This document shows, piece by piece, positions 1 to 13,370 of a DNA stretch of 64,000 nucleotides. The notes beneath the pieces were generated by a model, which had not been told where the DNA came from, made no database searches, and was given only the letters and a program-made list of their open reading frames with translations. The position numbers and the translations under genes are program-made. The DNA is from Eledone cirrhosa (Eukaryota), in the NCBI GenBank assembly GCA_964016885.1, contig OZ024745.1:90334001-90398000 (forward strand), given 5' to 3'. Every line of letters starts with the position of its first letter. Within the stretch, counting starts at the first letter, position 1.

Positions 1-50
1 CACGATCAAGGTAGGTGATCCTTTCTCACTTGCCCCGTTTCTCATCCAAC

Positions 51-1163
51 ATGGCCGTACTCAGAACAGGCAGTATAAATGCACGTGGCCTGGGGTCATC
101 TTGGAAGCAGGGTAACCTGCTCAACGACCTCAGGTCACTAAACATAGATGTGGTGGCCATCAGTGAAACCAGAATCTCCGAAGCACAAGTCTTCGCACCG
201 ATCTTCGGCGGCTACGATGTATACGCATCTCCCAGCCGTCCAGGATCGGGGGGAGGGGTTGCCGTCCTTTTTCGGAGAGGCTTGGATCTCGCCATACGGG
301 CCATCTTCCTAGACCCAGAATAGTATAAGTTGTCCACAATTTAAAATAGTCGACTACACAGACCACAAATTTGTGATCTGTGAAATCGACATAGACAGAC
401 TTCATAGACAAGGGCCTGGTTACTGGAAGCTGAACGCGTCTTTCCCTGCGCGCAAAGCTTACAGAGATCGGATTAGCGTATTAGTTAAACGGGCGTTGGC
501 GGGAGCGGTTGTCAACAACAGGTGGTGTTTCGCCCTGAAAAGGGCAATTAAAGTAGAGTCGATTATGTTTTGCAAAGGAGTAGTGTTAGAGGAAAATAGA
601 GTAGAGGGAGAGCTAGTCAAAAAGCTAGACGAGGCGTTTAGGACAGGCATCGCAACCGACGTGCTTACGGCGAGATTGGCACTCGACCAATTCTTCAACG
701 CAAAACACGAAGGCTACGTTGTCAGAGCTAGAGCGCGTGCTCTGAAACACGAGGGGACAAAAGCCGTCCAATGGGCTAACCCTAACCCTAACCCTAACCC
801 TAACCCTATCCTGGGCGTCGAAGAAGATCAGCTGTTTGCCCTCTTCCGGAGAACTTTCAATCCGGGACCTATGGATAACTTCCAAAAATCCCTGGCCTGG
901 CAGTGCTACCGGGGAGGGCTGCCGGTTTGAGATAAGCTCTACAGGCACGGAAGTGCCGCCAGCCGAGCCTGTCCGAGATGCGCGCAGAGCGACGAAACCG
1001 TCTTGCACGCACTCGTTCAGTTCCCGAGCATTGCTGACTTGTGGAGCTATGTCGAACAGTTGCTGTCGCGTGTAGGACTGATCCGGTTGTCGACTGAGTC
1101 CATTATGCAGAAGGTCTCGCCGTCTTCCTTCGAGGAGGAAGGGCAAGCGGTTTTCATCTGCCT
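51..1163 (+). mobile_element. Tx1/L1-clade non-LTR retrotransposon ORF2 remnant, internally deleted (APE N-terminus, linker, C-terminal CCHC region; RT missing)
   Basis: MAVLRTGSINARGL..DVVAISETR (APE motif I), YTDHKFV, GPGYWKLN, then FQKSLAWQCYRGGLPV. Collinear with the element at 53823-57197 but with deletions near 320 and near 776-808. Confidence 0.9.
776..808 (-). repeat. Interstitial telomeric repeat, (TTAGGG)5.5
   Basis: Plus strand reads ctaacc x5 + cta. Confidence 0.9.
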
Positions 1164-1176
1164 TTAAAAAAAAAAA

Positions 1177-2450
1177 ATGAAAGAATTGATAAGATTTGAA
1201 TACATTCGGAGAGTAAGGAGCGTATTAAAGTCACATCTGAACAGTAGGAATGCCATAAGTGCAGTAAGTTCCCGAGCTGTGTCTATTATTAGGTACAGTG
1301 CGGGAATTCTGAGATGGAATGTTGCTGAACAAAAAGAAATGGTAGGAAGACTAGGAAGCTATTGACTATCTACAACATGTTCCACAAGAGGAGTGATGTC
1401 GATAGATTCTACTTAAGGAGATCTGAAGGTGGAAGAGGTCTTATCAGCATAGAGGACTGTGTTCAGATGGAGAAAAACAACCTACACAAATACGTGTCTG
1501 ATAGTAAGGAGCCAATGCTCAGAATTGTACTGAAGGAGAGGATAATAGACCAGGGGATGTCCAAGGAGGAAATAACAACAAGGAGAAAGAGCAGCCTTCA
1601 TGAAAAATCCCTTCATAGTACCTTCTTTGAGAAAACTGAATTCAGAGATCCACAGACATGGAAATGGTTGAAAAGAGGAGACCTTAAAAGGGCTACAGAA
1701 GAAATGCTAATGGCTGCGCAAAAGCAGGCCCTCAAAACGAAGTGTCTGAAACACCATATTTACAAGGAGGAGGCTAGCCCACTGTGCAGGATCTGTGGAG
1801 AGAGCGAGGAGACTGTGGCCCACATTGTATCCGAGTGTAAACACCTAGCCCAGACTCACTATAAAGGCTGGAGACATGATGTGATGGGTAGGGTGATCCA
1901 CTGGCACCTATGCAAAGTAAACAATTTACCACATTCTGAGAAGTGGTATGAGCATAAGCCAGAGTCGGTGATAGAAAACGATCAGGTGAAGGGGCTGTGG
2001 GATTTTAGGATACAGACGGACAAGAAACTGGAACACAATAGACCTGACCTGGTGGTTTTGAACAAGGAAAAAAGATTGTGCCTGATTGTGGATGTGGCCT
2101 TCCCATTCGACACGAGAGTAAAAGAGAAGGAGAGGGAGAAAATTAACCGATACCAGGACTTAAAGTGGGAGGTAAAAAGAATTTGGAACAGCCATGAAAT
2201 CAAAGTGGTCCCGATTGTCATAGGCGCACTAGGTACTATCTGAAAAAGTGTCTATGGATGGTTAAAGAAAATTGGCCCCGCCCCGCTTTTTGGAACGCTT
2301 CAAAGGCATGCTTGCTGGGAACATCAAGAACCCTCCGATACGTCCTGAATATCTGAGGCTGCAGGTAGTGGCTTAATATTCATTTCAACAAACTTTCCAG
2401 TTAACTAACATCAATGACTGAGACTCAATGAACAATAATAATAATTATTA
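1177..2450 (+). mobile_element. 5'-truncated R4/Dong-clade non-LTR retrotransposon (RT thumb, CCHC finger, restriction-like endonuclease) with (TAA)n tail
   Basis: DVDRFYLRRSEGGRGL, CRICGESEETVAHIVSEC, RHD, HNRPDLVV..IVDVAFP..EREKINRYQDL, VVPIVIGALG. Ends in aataataataataa. Frameshift near 1362. Confidence 0.88.
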
Positions 2451-2454
2451 TTAT

Positions 2455-3895
2455 ATCTTTATTGGCCACAAGGGCTGACATCAAGAAAAACATTACAGAC
2501 GGCACAGGACGGTACTGGACGGTACTATGTGGGTTTTGTGCGTGTAAAGATATTTATTATTTATATAAGATACGAAAAAGAAAAAAGACATAGAAACATA
2601 TATATACATAAACAATAAAAATGAAAATTGAAACAATGAAATATTCCCCAATAGGGGGGGGGGGGGCCTCCGAGGGTTACTCGTGGCGAAAACCACACAA
2701 AAGACCACGGCCACACTGACCACCAGGGCAAGCGCCCTCTCTCAATTTGTTTCCCATTCCTCAAACTACAAGCGTATATTCAGAGCAGTCCCGTTCACTC
2801 GGACTATTCTCGCTACATTCACCCACCTTTCAACAAACTTACTAGAAGACAGCACTTGCCTCTCCACCCTGATTTTCCTCTTCAAGTGAAACTTGAAAAA
2901 GTTAATCAGGGATTCGCCGAAGAGGAAAGTGTCTGTCTTTAACTCTTTCAACCTTGTCCACCACAATCTCTTTCGCCATGGCCACCAGGCAGATGAAAAC
3001 CGCCTGCCCTTCCTCCTCGACAGCAACTGTTCGACATAGCTCCACAAGTCAGCAATGCTCAGGCACTGAGCGAATGTGTGCACGACGGTTTCGTCGCCCT
3101 GCGCGCATCCCGGACAGGCTCGGCTGACGGCACTTCCGTGCCTGTAGAGCTTATCTCGAACCGGCAGCGCTCCCCGGTAGCACTACCAGGCCAGGGATTT
3201 CTGGAAGTTATCCATAGGCCCTGGGCTGAAATTCTCCGAAGGAGAGAAAACAGGTGATTTTCTTCGACGCCCAGGATCTCTCCGAGAACGTCGTCGCTCT
3301 TCCCTTCCACTAGCCCTCTATAGAACGCCGAGGCGTATGTTCCACCGATACTGGTGCCCAGCTGGCAGAGGGCAGTGAGCGCCTGGAGACATTCCAGTTT
3401 CCAAGCGCTATCCCTCGGTCTTTTCCTGACCCAGGACTGCAGTTCCGTCAAGGAGACGAGCTGTAGGAAAACGTGCCTGGCGAACAGCGACCACACCTGT
3501 TCACCGTCAAGGAAGCACCAGAGGTGTCGCAGCCTCAGCGCATGTTTGCGCATCATCAGCCATGGCATGCCCAGTCCTCCACGAAACGGGTGTTGACAGC
3601 AGATGGGTCGTCTGACCATGGGAGCGCCTCCCTTCCACAAAAAGCGGAAGAGGAGGCGCTCCATTTTTGGTGAGAGTTGGGCCGGGGCAAGGGACGACGA
3701 TGAGGTGGTAGCAGATGACGGATGCGATGTACGCATTTGCCACCTCCACCCGGCCTTTCAGGGACAGCTTCCTCGCGGCCCATTTCTGGGTGAGGGAGGC
3801 CACCCTGCTCGTCACCTCGCTCCAGTTTTTCTCCATCTGGAGGTCCGGGCCGAACAGACCCCGAGCAATTTAACCGGTCCGTCCGTCCAACGAAG
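2455..3895 (-). mobile_element. 5'-truncated Tx1/L1-clade LINE (ORF2 C-terminus + 3' UTR), frameshifted
   Basis: KLSLKGRVEVAN, FRFLWKG, GGLGMPWL, FFKFHLKRKIRVER..FVERW. 3' UTR ends gtggccaataaaga on the minus strand. Confidence 0.9.
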
Positions 3896-3904
3896 CAAAT
3901 AAAT

Positions 3905-5010
<1,106 letters not shown>

Positions 5011-5249
5011 TAATTGTTTCTACTTTTGGCACAAGGCCAGCAATCACCCAGTAGATTACTGGTACTTTATTTTATCGACCCCTTAATAATAATAACAATA
5101 ATGGCTTCTGATTAATGCACAATGGGAAAGACGATTAAAACGACCCAGTACATTACTGCTACTTTATTCTATCGATCCCGTAAGGATGTATATCCTATAT
5201 ATATGTACATATATATTTGTACATATATATATATATATACATATATACA

Positions 5250-5298
<49 letters not shown>

Positions 5299-5429
5299 GT
5301 GAGGTTTTTTATACAAAATGAAAAATAACCGAGGTGTCCTACACGAGTGAAAGTATAAAGAAAATAAGATGAAATCGAAAATGCAACTGGAGTCTTATTT
5401 AAAAATATATATATATATTTATTTGGTTC

Positions 5430-5465
5430 CTTTACCGGTTTCGCAGTTCTTCAGCTTCTCAAAAG
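5430..5465 (-). ncRNA. Minimal type I hammerhead ribozyme motif, U3-A8 core variant
   Basis: Minus strand: CUU-UUGAGAA-GCugaagaacuGC-GAAA-CCGG-UA-AAG. Stem I CUU/AAG, palindromic ACCGGU stem III, GUA cleavage triplet. Confidence 0.55.
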
Positions 5466-6010
5466 TAGAGTTGAGATGGAGGGTCTGTGGTTTTTCTCAC
5501 ATCTGGTTGGTCTCTGAATGTTACTTGTTTTATATGGAAAAAGTGGCTCGAAATGCCAGGTTTTTCGAGAAGTAATTTGATTGGTTGGTCAATAATTATA
5601 ATAAATTTCGCGCCAGTTCGCGTTACAAAGTTCTTCAAACAAGGGGGGGGGTTGTCACAGGTTGTTTTTTCATATATGAGTGTTTGAATTTCTTTTTACT
5701 TAAAAAGGGGGGGAGGGCTCACGAAGGCTTTTTTTTTATAAACGTAATTTGATTGGTTATAAATGAAATTATGGCTGTCACGTGAACAAGTTTTCATAAA
5801 ATTTTCGCGCCCTTATTTGGAAATCCATTCTGTAGCATTTCTAGAGAATTTTATGACAAGTAAAAGATAATGGTCAAGAGAAATTGGATGGGAGAATTGT
5901 TCTGGTTCAGTGAATATGGTTAGTTCGCTGGAGTGTCAGAATTCAGATTTTCTATTGAATAAAGAAAGTAAAGATATGTATGTTTATTTGTGTGCTTGTG
6001 TGTGTGTGTG

Positions 6011-7184
<1,174 letters not shown>

Positions 7185-7189
7185 TTATT

Positions 7190-8180
7190 AAAATAACAGA
7201 TTAAAGTTTAAGCAAAGAATCGTATCTCGTACGTATATTTGATTGTATATGTTATGGCGTATATTTAATATATTCTGGTACATATGCTTTTGGTTATGTG
7301 TATACGTGAGTTTTGCGTCTGTGTGAGTATGCGGGTTCGTACGTATGTAGGGTGTGTGTATATGCGTACTTCGTGTTTTGGTTGACGTACGTCTCCGAAC
7401 ATATGTGTATTTACATGTAGGTATGTGTGTGCACTTGTTATATACGTATTTATTTATTTATATACGTTTATTTAATTATTTGTATACACGCACACACACA
7501 CACATATATGTGCGTGTATTTGTATACCTATGGCGAGTGTTTTCGCGTATGCTTGTGTATGTACGTATATGAATGTGTGTATGTATTTATTTAATTTCAA
7601 TTACCTGTGTATTTTATTTACTTTATTCTTAACTCTGAAGCCGAGAATCATTCAGATTCCTAGTTAGAATTTTAGTCTACGACTTCAGTTATACCAGTTA
7701 CGTGGTTTTCTCTTTGCGTGCAATTGTTCTCCACGGTCCACATATAACGTATTATCTTTTTTTTCGTTCATTGCCAGAGAACGTCTCTATGCACCACCTA
7801 ATAGAATATTAGTCTACGACTTCTTTTATACAATAAACTTGGTTTTGTCTTTGCGTGTAATTGTTTTTCACCGCTCCAAATAATGACGTATTATATTCGT
7901 TTTTTGCCGTTCTTTGCCAGGGAACGTTTCCAGGAACGAAAGTATCGTCTTCCTGTCTTCCTCCGGTTGCAACGGTTTTTGAAATATTCACTTTTGCGTT
8001 CACAGATTGACTTTGTTAGTTTCAGAAGATCCCGTTAAGGGTGAAAGCACCGATTCTTTGCTTAAACTTTAATCTGTTATTTTAATAAATATTTGCTCTA
8101 CGGTCCTTATATATTTGATATATATCTATATTTATCGAGCCCTCTTTGGATTTTAGTCTTCAAATTTATTATTATTACTA
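7190..8180 (+). mobile_element. Unclassified dispersed element (candidate non-autonomous PLE terminal repeat); copies at 10295-10590, 19510-19765, 22820-22910, 24940-25120, 31130-31735
   Basis: Recurrent tttcagaagatcccgttaagggtgaaagcagcgattctttgcttaaactttaatctg and gaagactaaaatccaaagagggctcgataa. Inverted copies of the end segments. Mostly embedded in (TA)n. Confidence 0.7.
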
Positions 8181-8490
8181 TATATATATAAGTTGATTTA
8201 ACTCACTCAATATGCAAATTAGGCTGCTCAGCCGTTAATTTTCATAAGGAAAGTATATACTTTCGAACGTTCAACCATCTGGCAGATGGGTAAACGGTGC
8301 TGATGATAGCTAACAAGCTTGAAACTAGTACATCGTTCCTGTGCCAGTGTTGAACAAAAAGGTGACGTGGTTGCCTTAACACCGTATGGCATAAATTCAG
8401 GCTGTTCAGTTTGTTTACAAACGAACAAAGCGGCGTTATAATAAGCGTCCGCTAAACTGATGCGTGCATGTATGTATGTGTACCTGTATG

Positions 8491-8523
<33 letters not shown>

Positions 8524-8855
8524 ATATGCATGCTACTGTATACATATATGTATGTACGTATACATACATACTTACATTTATATATATATATTTATATAGG
8601 TATACGTTGCTGATGATAGCTAACAAGCTTGAAACTAGTACAGCGTTCCTTTGTCAGTGTTGAACAAACGAGCAACGGTGGTTGCTAGACACTACGGCTT
8701 AATACGGGATGTTTGTTTACAAACACACCGAGCATTATAATAAATGTTCGGTGAATCCATACGTGCATATATATATGTGTGCATGTATGTATATATATAT
8801 ATATATATACATACTACTGTACGTCGGTATACATATATGTATGTACGTGTACATA

Positions 8856-8947
<92 letters not shown>

Positions 8948-9080
8948 TTAAACCATATTTATTCTATTATATATATTTCAAGGGTACCAGAACTTTGTTT
9001 TATAAATATCCAGGAAGGAGAGATCTTAACGGTTCCAGTTTTATAAATATCAAGGAGCGAGATCTTAACGGTTCAAGTTT

Positions 9081-9163
<83 letters not shown>

Positions 9164-9165
9164 GG

Positions 9166-9209
<44 letters not shown>

Positions 9210-9211
9210 CC

Positions 9212-9301
<90 letters not shown>

Positions 9302-9416
9302 CCTATATATATATATACATATATACACATATATATACATATATTTTTATATATATACATATATATATATATATACATATATACATATACATATATATAT
9401 ATATATATATATGAAC

Positions 9417-10188
9417 ATAGACATAGAATATTCGAAAATATTCTGTATGTTTATAATAAACATTTTGAAGACCTAATCGCTATAGAATAGAATACGTCAC
9501 GTATTACAATTAGATTCTCGATAAAAGCAAGGGAAGTAACCTACGCGTTTCATTCTTATTAGAAATCTTCAGGATCACATATCCAGTGCTTTTATCGAGA
9601 ATGACACAGCTAGAGACTTATAGAATACTTAGCTGTGTACAGGAACTGGTTTGAAAGAGCGGTTGCCGGTCCGGCAGAAATTAGAAATTGGATTAAATGC
9701 TCTGAAATAGCGATATATATGTGAAGATAGACATAGAATATTCGAAAATATTCTGTATGTTTATAATAAACATTTTGAAGACCTAATCGCTATAGAATAG
9801 AATACGTCACGTATTACAATTAGATTCTCGATAAAAGCAAGGAAAGTAACCTACGCGTTTCATTCTTATTAGAAATCTTCAGGATCACATATCCAGTGCT
9901 TTTATCGAGAATGACACAGCTAGAGACTTATAGAATACTTAGCTGTGTACAGGAACTGGTTTGAAAGAGCGGTTGCCGGTCCGGCAGAAATTAGAAATTG
10001 GATTAAATGCTCTGAAATAGTGATATATATGTGAAGATAGACATAGAATATTCGAAAATATTCTGTATGTTTATAATAAACATTTTGAAGACCTAATCGC
10101 TATAGAATAGAATACGTCACGTATTACAATTAGATTCTCGATAAAAGCAAGGGAAGTAACCTACGCGTTTCATTCTTATTAGAAATCT
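9417..10188. repeat. Tandem repeat, 310-bp unit, about 2.5 near-identical copies
   Basis: acatagaatattcgaaaatattctg at 9421, 9731 and 10041. Confidence 0.95.
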
Positions 10189-10589
10189 GCCTGCATTGAC
10201 TTCGCTTCTAACCAACTTTTAATTAATTCAGTGCAAAGATACCGCACGCCCTCCCAATAATTAATTATATACATATATATATATAATTATTAATAATAAT
10301 TGTGAAGACTAAAATCCAAAGAGGGCTCGATAAGGATAAATATATATAAAATATATAAGAATCCTAGAGCAAATATTGTTCTCATTGTTGACGTATTATC
10401 TTCGTTTTTTTCCGTTCATTGCCAGGGAACGTCTTCACGAACCAAAGTATCGTCTTCCTGTTTTCCTTCGGTTGCAACGTTTTTCGAAATATTTACTTCT
10501 GCGTTGACAGATTGATTTTCTTTTTAGTTTCAGAAGATCCCGTTAAGGGTGAAAGCAGCGATTCTTTGCTTAAACTTTAATCTATTATA

Positions 10590-10668
<79 letters not shown>

Positions 10669-10834
10669 GTGTACAAATATTTTTGCATACACAAAAATAA
10701 AATATAAACAAACTTATTCATTTCACGAAAGTACAGACGGCTTATCGTCATTGTTACTGCCGATATGCCACCCAAAACGTCCCAGCCTGGCCGCAAGATT
10801 AGATTTTCCAGAAGAAAAAATGTTACTAGAGCAA

Positions 10835-11019
10835 CAGAGAGACTAAGCTTCGCGATTACCATCAACAAAGCTCGTGGTCAAACACTAAAATGGCTGGCCT
10901 TCTCCCATGGTCAATTGTATGTAGGATACCCTATGGTGAGCTCGCCAAACAATCTCTTGATCTTTGCTCCGGAGGGCCGAACAAAAAATATTGTATACTC
11001 TGAGGCTCTAACACTGTAA
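10835..11019 (+). mobile_element. Helitron RepHel (PIF1-like helicase) C-terminal fragment
   Basis: RLSFAITINKARGQTL..FSHGQLYV..GRTKNIVYSEAL* matches helicase motifs V/VI and the typical Helitron C-terminus, with an internal deletion. Confidence 0.85.
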
Positions 11020-11134
11020 TTTATGTATTTTCTGTACTTGGAATTTCCATTATGGTTGTACAAATTATTGTAAAGTTTGTTAAAAAATGTGTTCTCTGTT
11101 CAGCCTTTATTGTTGTAACTATTGACTGGCCTCA

Positions 11135-11220
<86 letters not shown>

Positions 11221-11286
11221 TATATTACATGATTTTGTGTGTGTTAAAATATACAGAAAAACGATATGAAATTTTACTTTACTTAC

Positions 11287-12176
11287 AGCATTATGGTGAA
11301 GAGTCATCTTAAATTTCTCAAAGTACATGTATTCTTGAGCTTCCTCGGGATCCATATCGTGGTAACGATCTCTGGCTGCGTAGCCAAATGAATCAAACTC
11401 GCCATTAGGTTTGATTAATATTGTTGTTGGAGCCTTTTGGTTGTTGATACCCGGATCACCACCTTCCCATTTACGCATCATATGAATGCTCTCGGGATCA
11501 CGTGTAAAGCTAAAGGCATAGCCACTGAACATAGTGCCAAAATCAATAGCGACTATAACAAAATAATTTCCTGTGTCTCCAGCAATCGATACAGCAGGAC
11601 ATTCAGAACCGACCAATGAAAGGTTAGGATCATTGAAATCTCTGTGAATTGTCGTTGTTTTTGGATTGATCTCGGCACTTGATTGGCCATAGTAGTCTCC
11701 AAGAGGAGTGTCGGGTTGAAATTCTAAAGATTCTGTAGATACTCCCATGATTTCAATGGAGAGATTTTTCACGTTTTTTCTAGAAAAACCGAAATCGTCA
11801 CGTTTGTTTCTTGTATTCACTTCGCTTTCTGATAATTGTTTAGGCCTCTTCGAATTAACTTTTGACTCTGAGTACTGAATCTTAGAAGCAAGGTTGTAGT
11901 CAATAACTGAGCATCTTTCTACACTTGGTGAGAGATCTACTTTAATATCTGGACGAGGACTATCAATATCATAGACGTCTTCAGATTTTTTCTGATGCAC
12001 TTCACGTGTGACTGTATCCTGTTTAACACGCAATGTATTACGAACTTCTGGAGCGAAATCTCCAGAACGGTTTGCTTCCAAAACTACTTCTTTGCCACGA
12101 GGATCAATACCGTATTCTTGTAAAAGTTTGTGCTTCTGTTCACGGATGTTGTCAGTCGAAATTTTGAACTGCGTAT
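11287..12176 (-). CDS. HSPA12A: Internal coding exon of a heat shock 70 kDa protein 12A-like gene (long N-terminal extension + start of the actin-like ATPase domain)
   Basis: [70 protein letters not shown] is the HSPA12 signature. Acceptor ttttgtttcag|AT at 12176, donor GCT|gtaagt at 11287, open frame throughout. Confidence 0.92.
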
Positions 12177-13370
12177 CTGAAACAAAAAATAAAACTCTGG
12201 TTAATATCTTTGAAATGGGTAAGTGGTAAAAGAGTTACAACACCTCTGAGCTGTGAGATATATACCATCTGATAGTATCAATATATTCCAGCCAAGTACT
12301 GGAATCAATTCAATCAACTATATCCTTCCGCTGCAATTATAGCTTGCTGTGAATGTCTAAAACACAAATCAATATTTAATTCGTGGGTTTAGTTAATGTA
12401 GGTGGTAAATTAGCAGATTAACTACTTTGCAGTTTGAAGTTTGTTACGTCTATGTTCTCAATTTGCCTCAGTAGAAACATTGGCGATTTAATAAACTAGG
12501 ATCAATTCCAGCATTATATCCTACGTCTACAAAAGCTGTTTTTATTACTTTTCGTTGAATATGCTAAGCGCGGTAACGTAGTAAGTGGAAGCATTGCTAG
12601 CCGAGTCAGAAAGTCGGTTGTAATATTCAGTTAATAAAATCCTTAACGCTACTATGCTCTTGTGAAAGGCATTTGCAAAATACAATTTCATTTCCTTCCT
12701 AATTAGAAACTCTTTATCATAGTAAGACAGAGATATTTATTGCAGCAATTTTAGAAATGTCTAATGGTGATTTCCTCTCAGACTTTATAACCAAGGAATA
12801 ATTACTACTCCTACCACAACCTCTACATTTTCCGTTGCTACTTTTATTACTACGCATCAAGATTTCCCTCAATGTTAACGTTTTATTGTTATCTTGTTTA
12901 TTAGCAGTCTTAATTACCTAGTGTTACTTTTCACTGAACTACATTTATTACAGACATTTCATTTGCTTGTAATTATAAAGGCCAGTCGATGTCATAGATT
13001 TCAGTTTCTTACATTATCGATCTATCGGTTATATGTAATTAGGCAATGTTTCACTAACTCAATCAACTCATTAGATCGATGTGGGAGGAAGAAAAGGAGA
13101 ATTGTAGGAAACATTTGTCTATACATCAGAAGAGACACATTGGAGTCAGCAAAGATTGATCAAAAACAAAATTAGCTTATTATATAAGATTGAGAGCGAT
13201 GTTTGTGTGTATGTAAATCATTTGAGAATGTGAATAAGTAAGTTTTATTTTTAATGAGTTGTTTATGAGTCGTGAGAGCAATATATCCGTTTTCAACCGT
13301 TTTGATTGCTATAAATGTGTATATAAGTTTGCTTGTGCATATATAAAAGCTTGAACATATATGCATATGA

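Noticed and set aside
11119-11286. C-terminal part of the 320-aa ORF
   Set aside because: Lies beyond the gtaagt donor; intronic (TA)n read-through.
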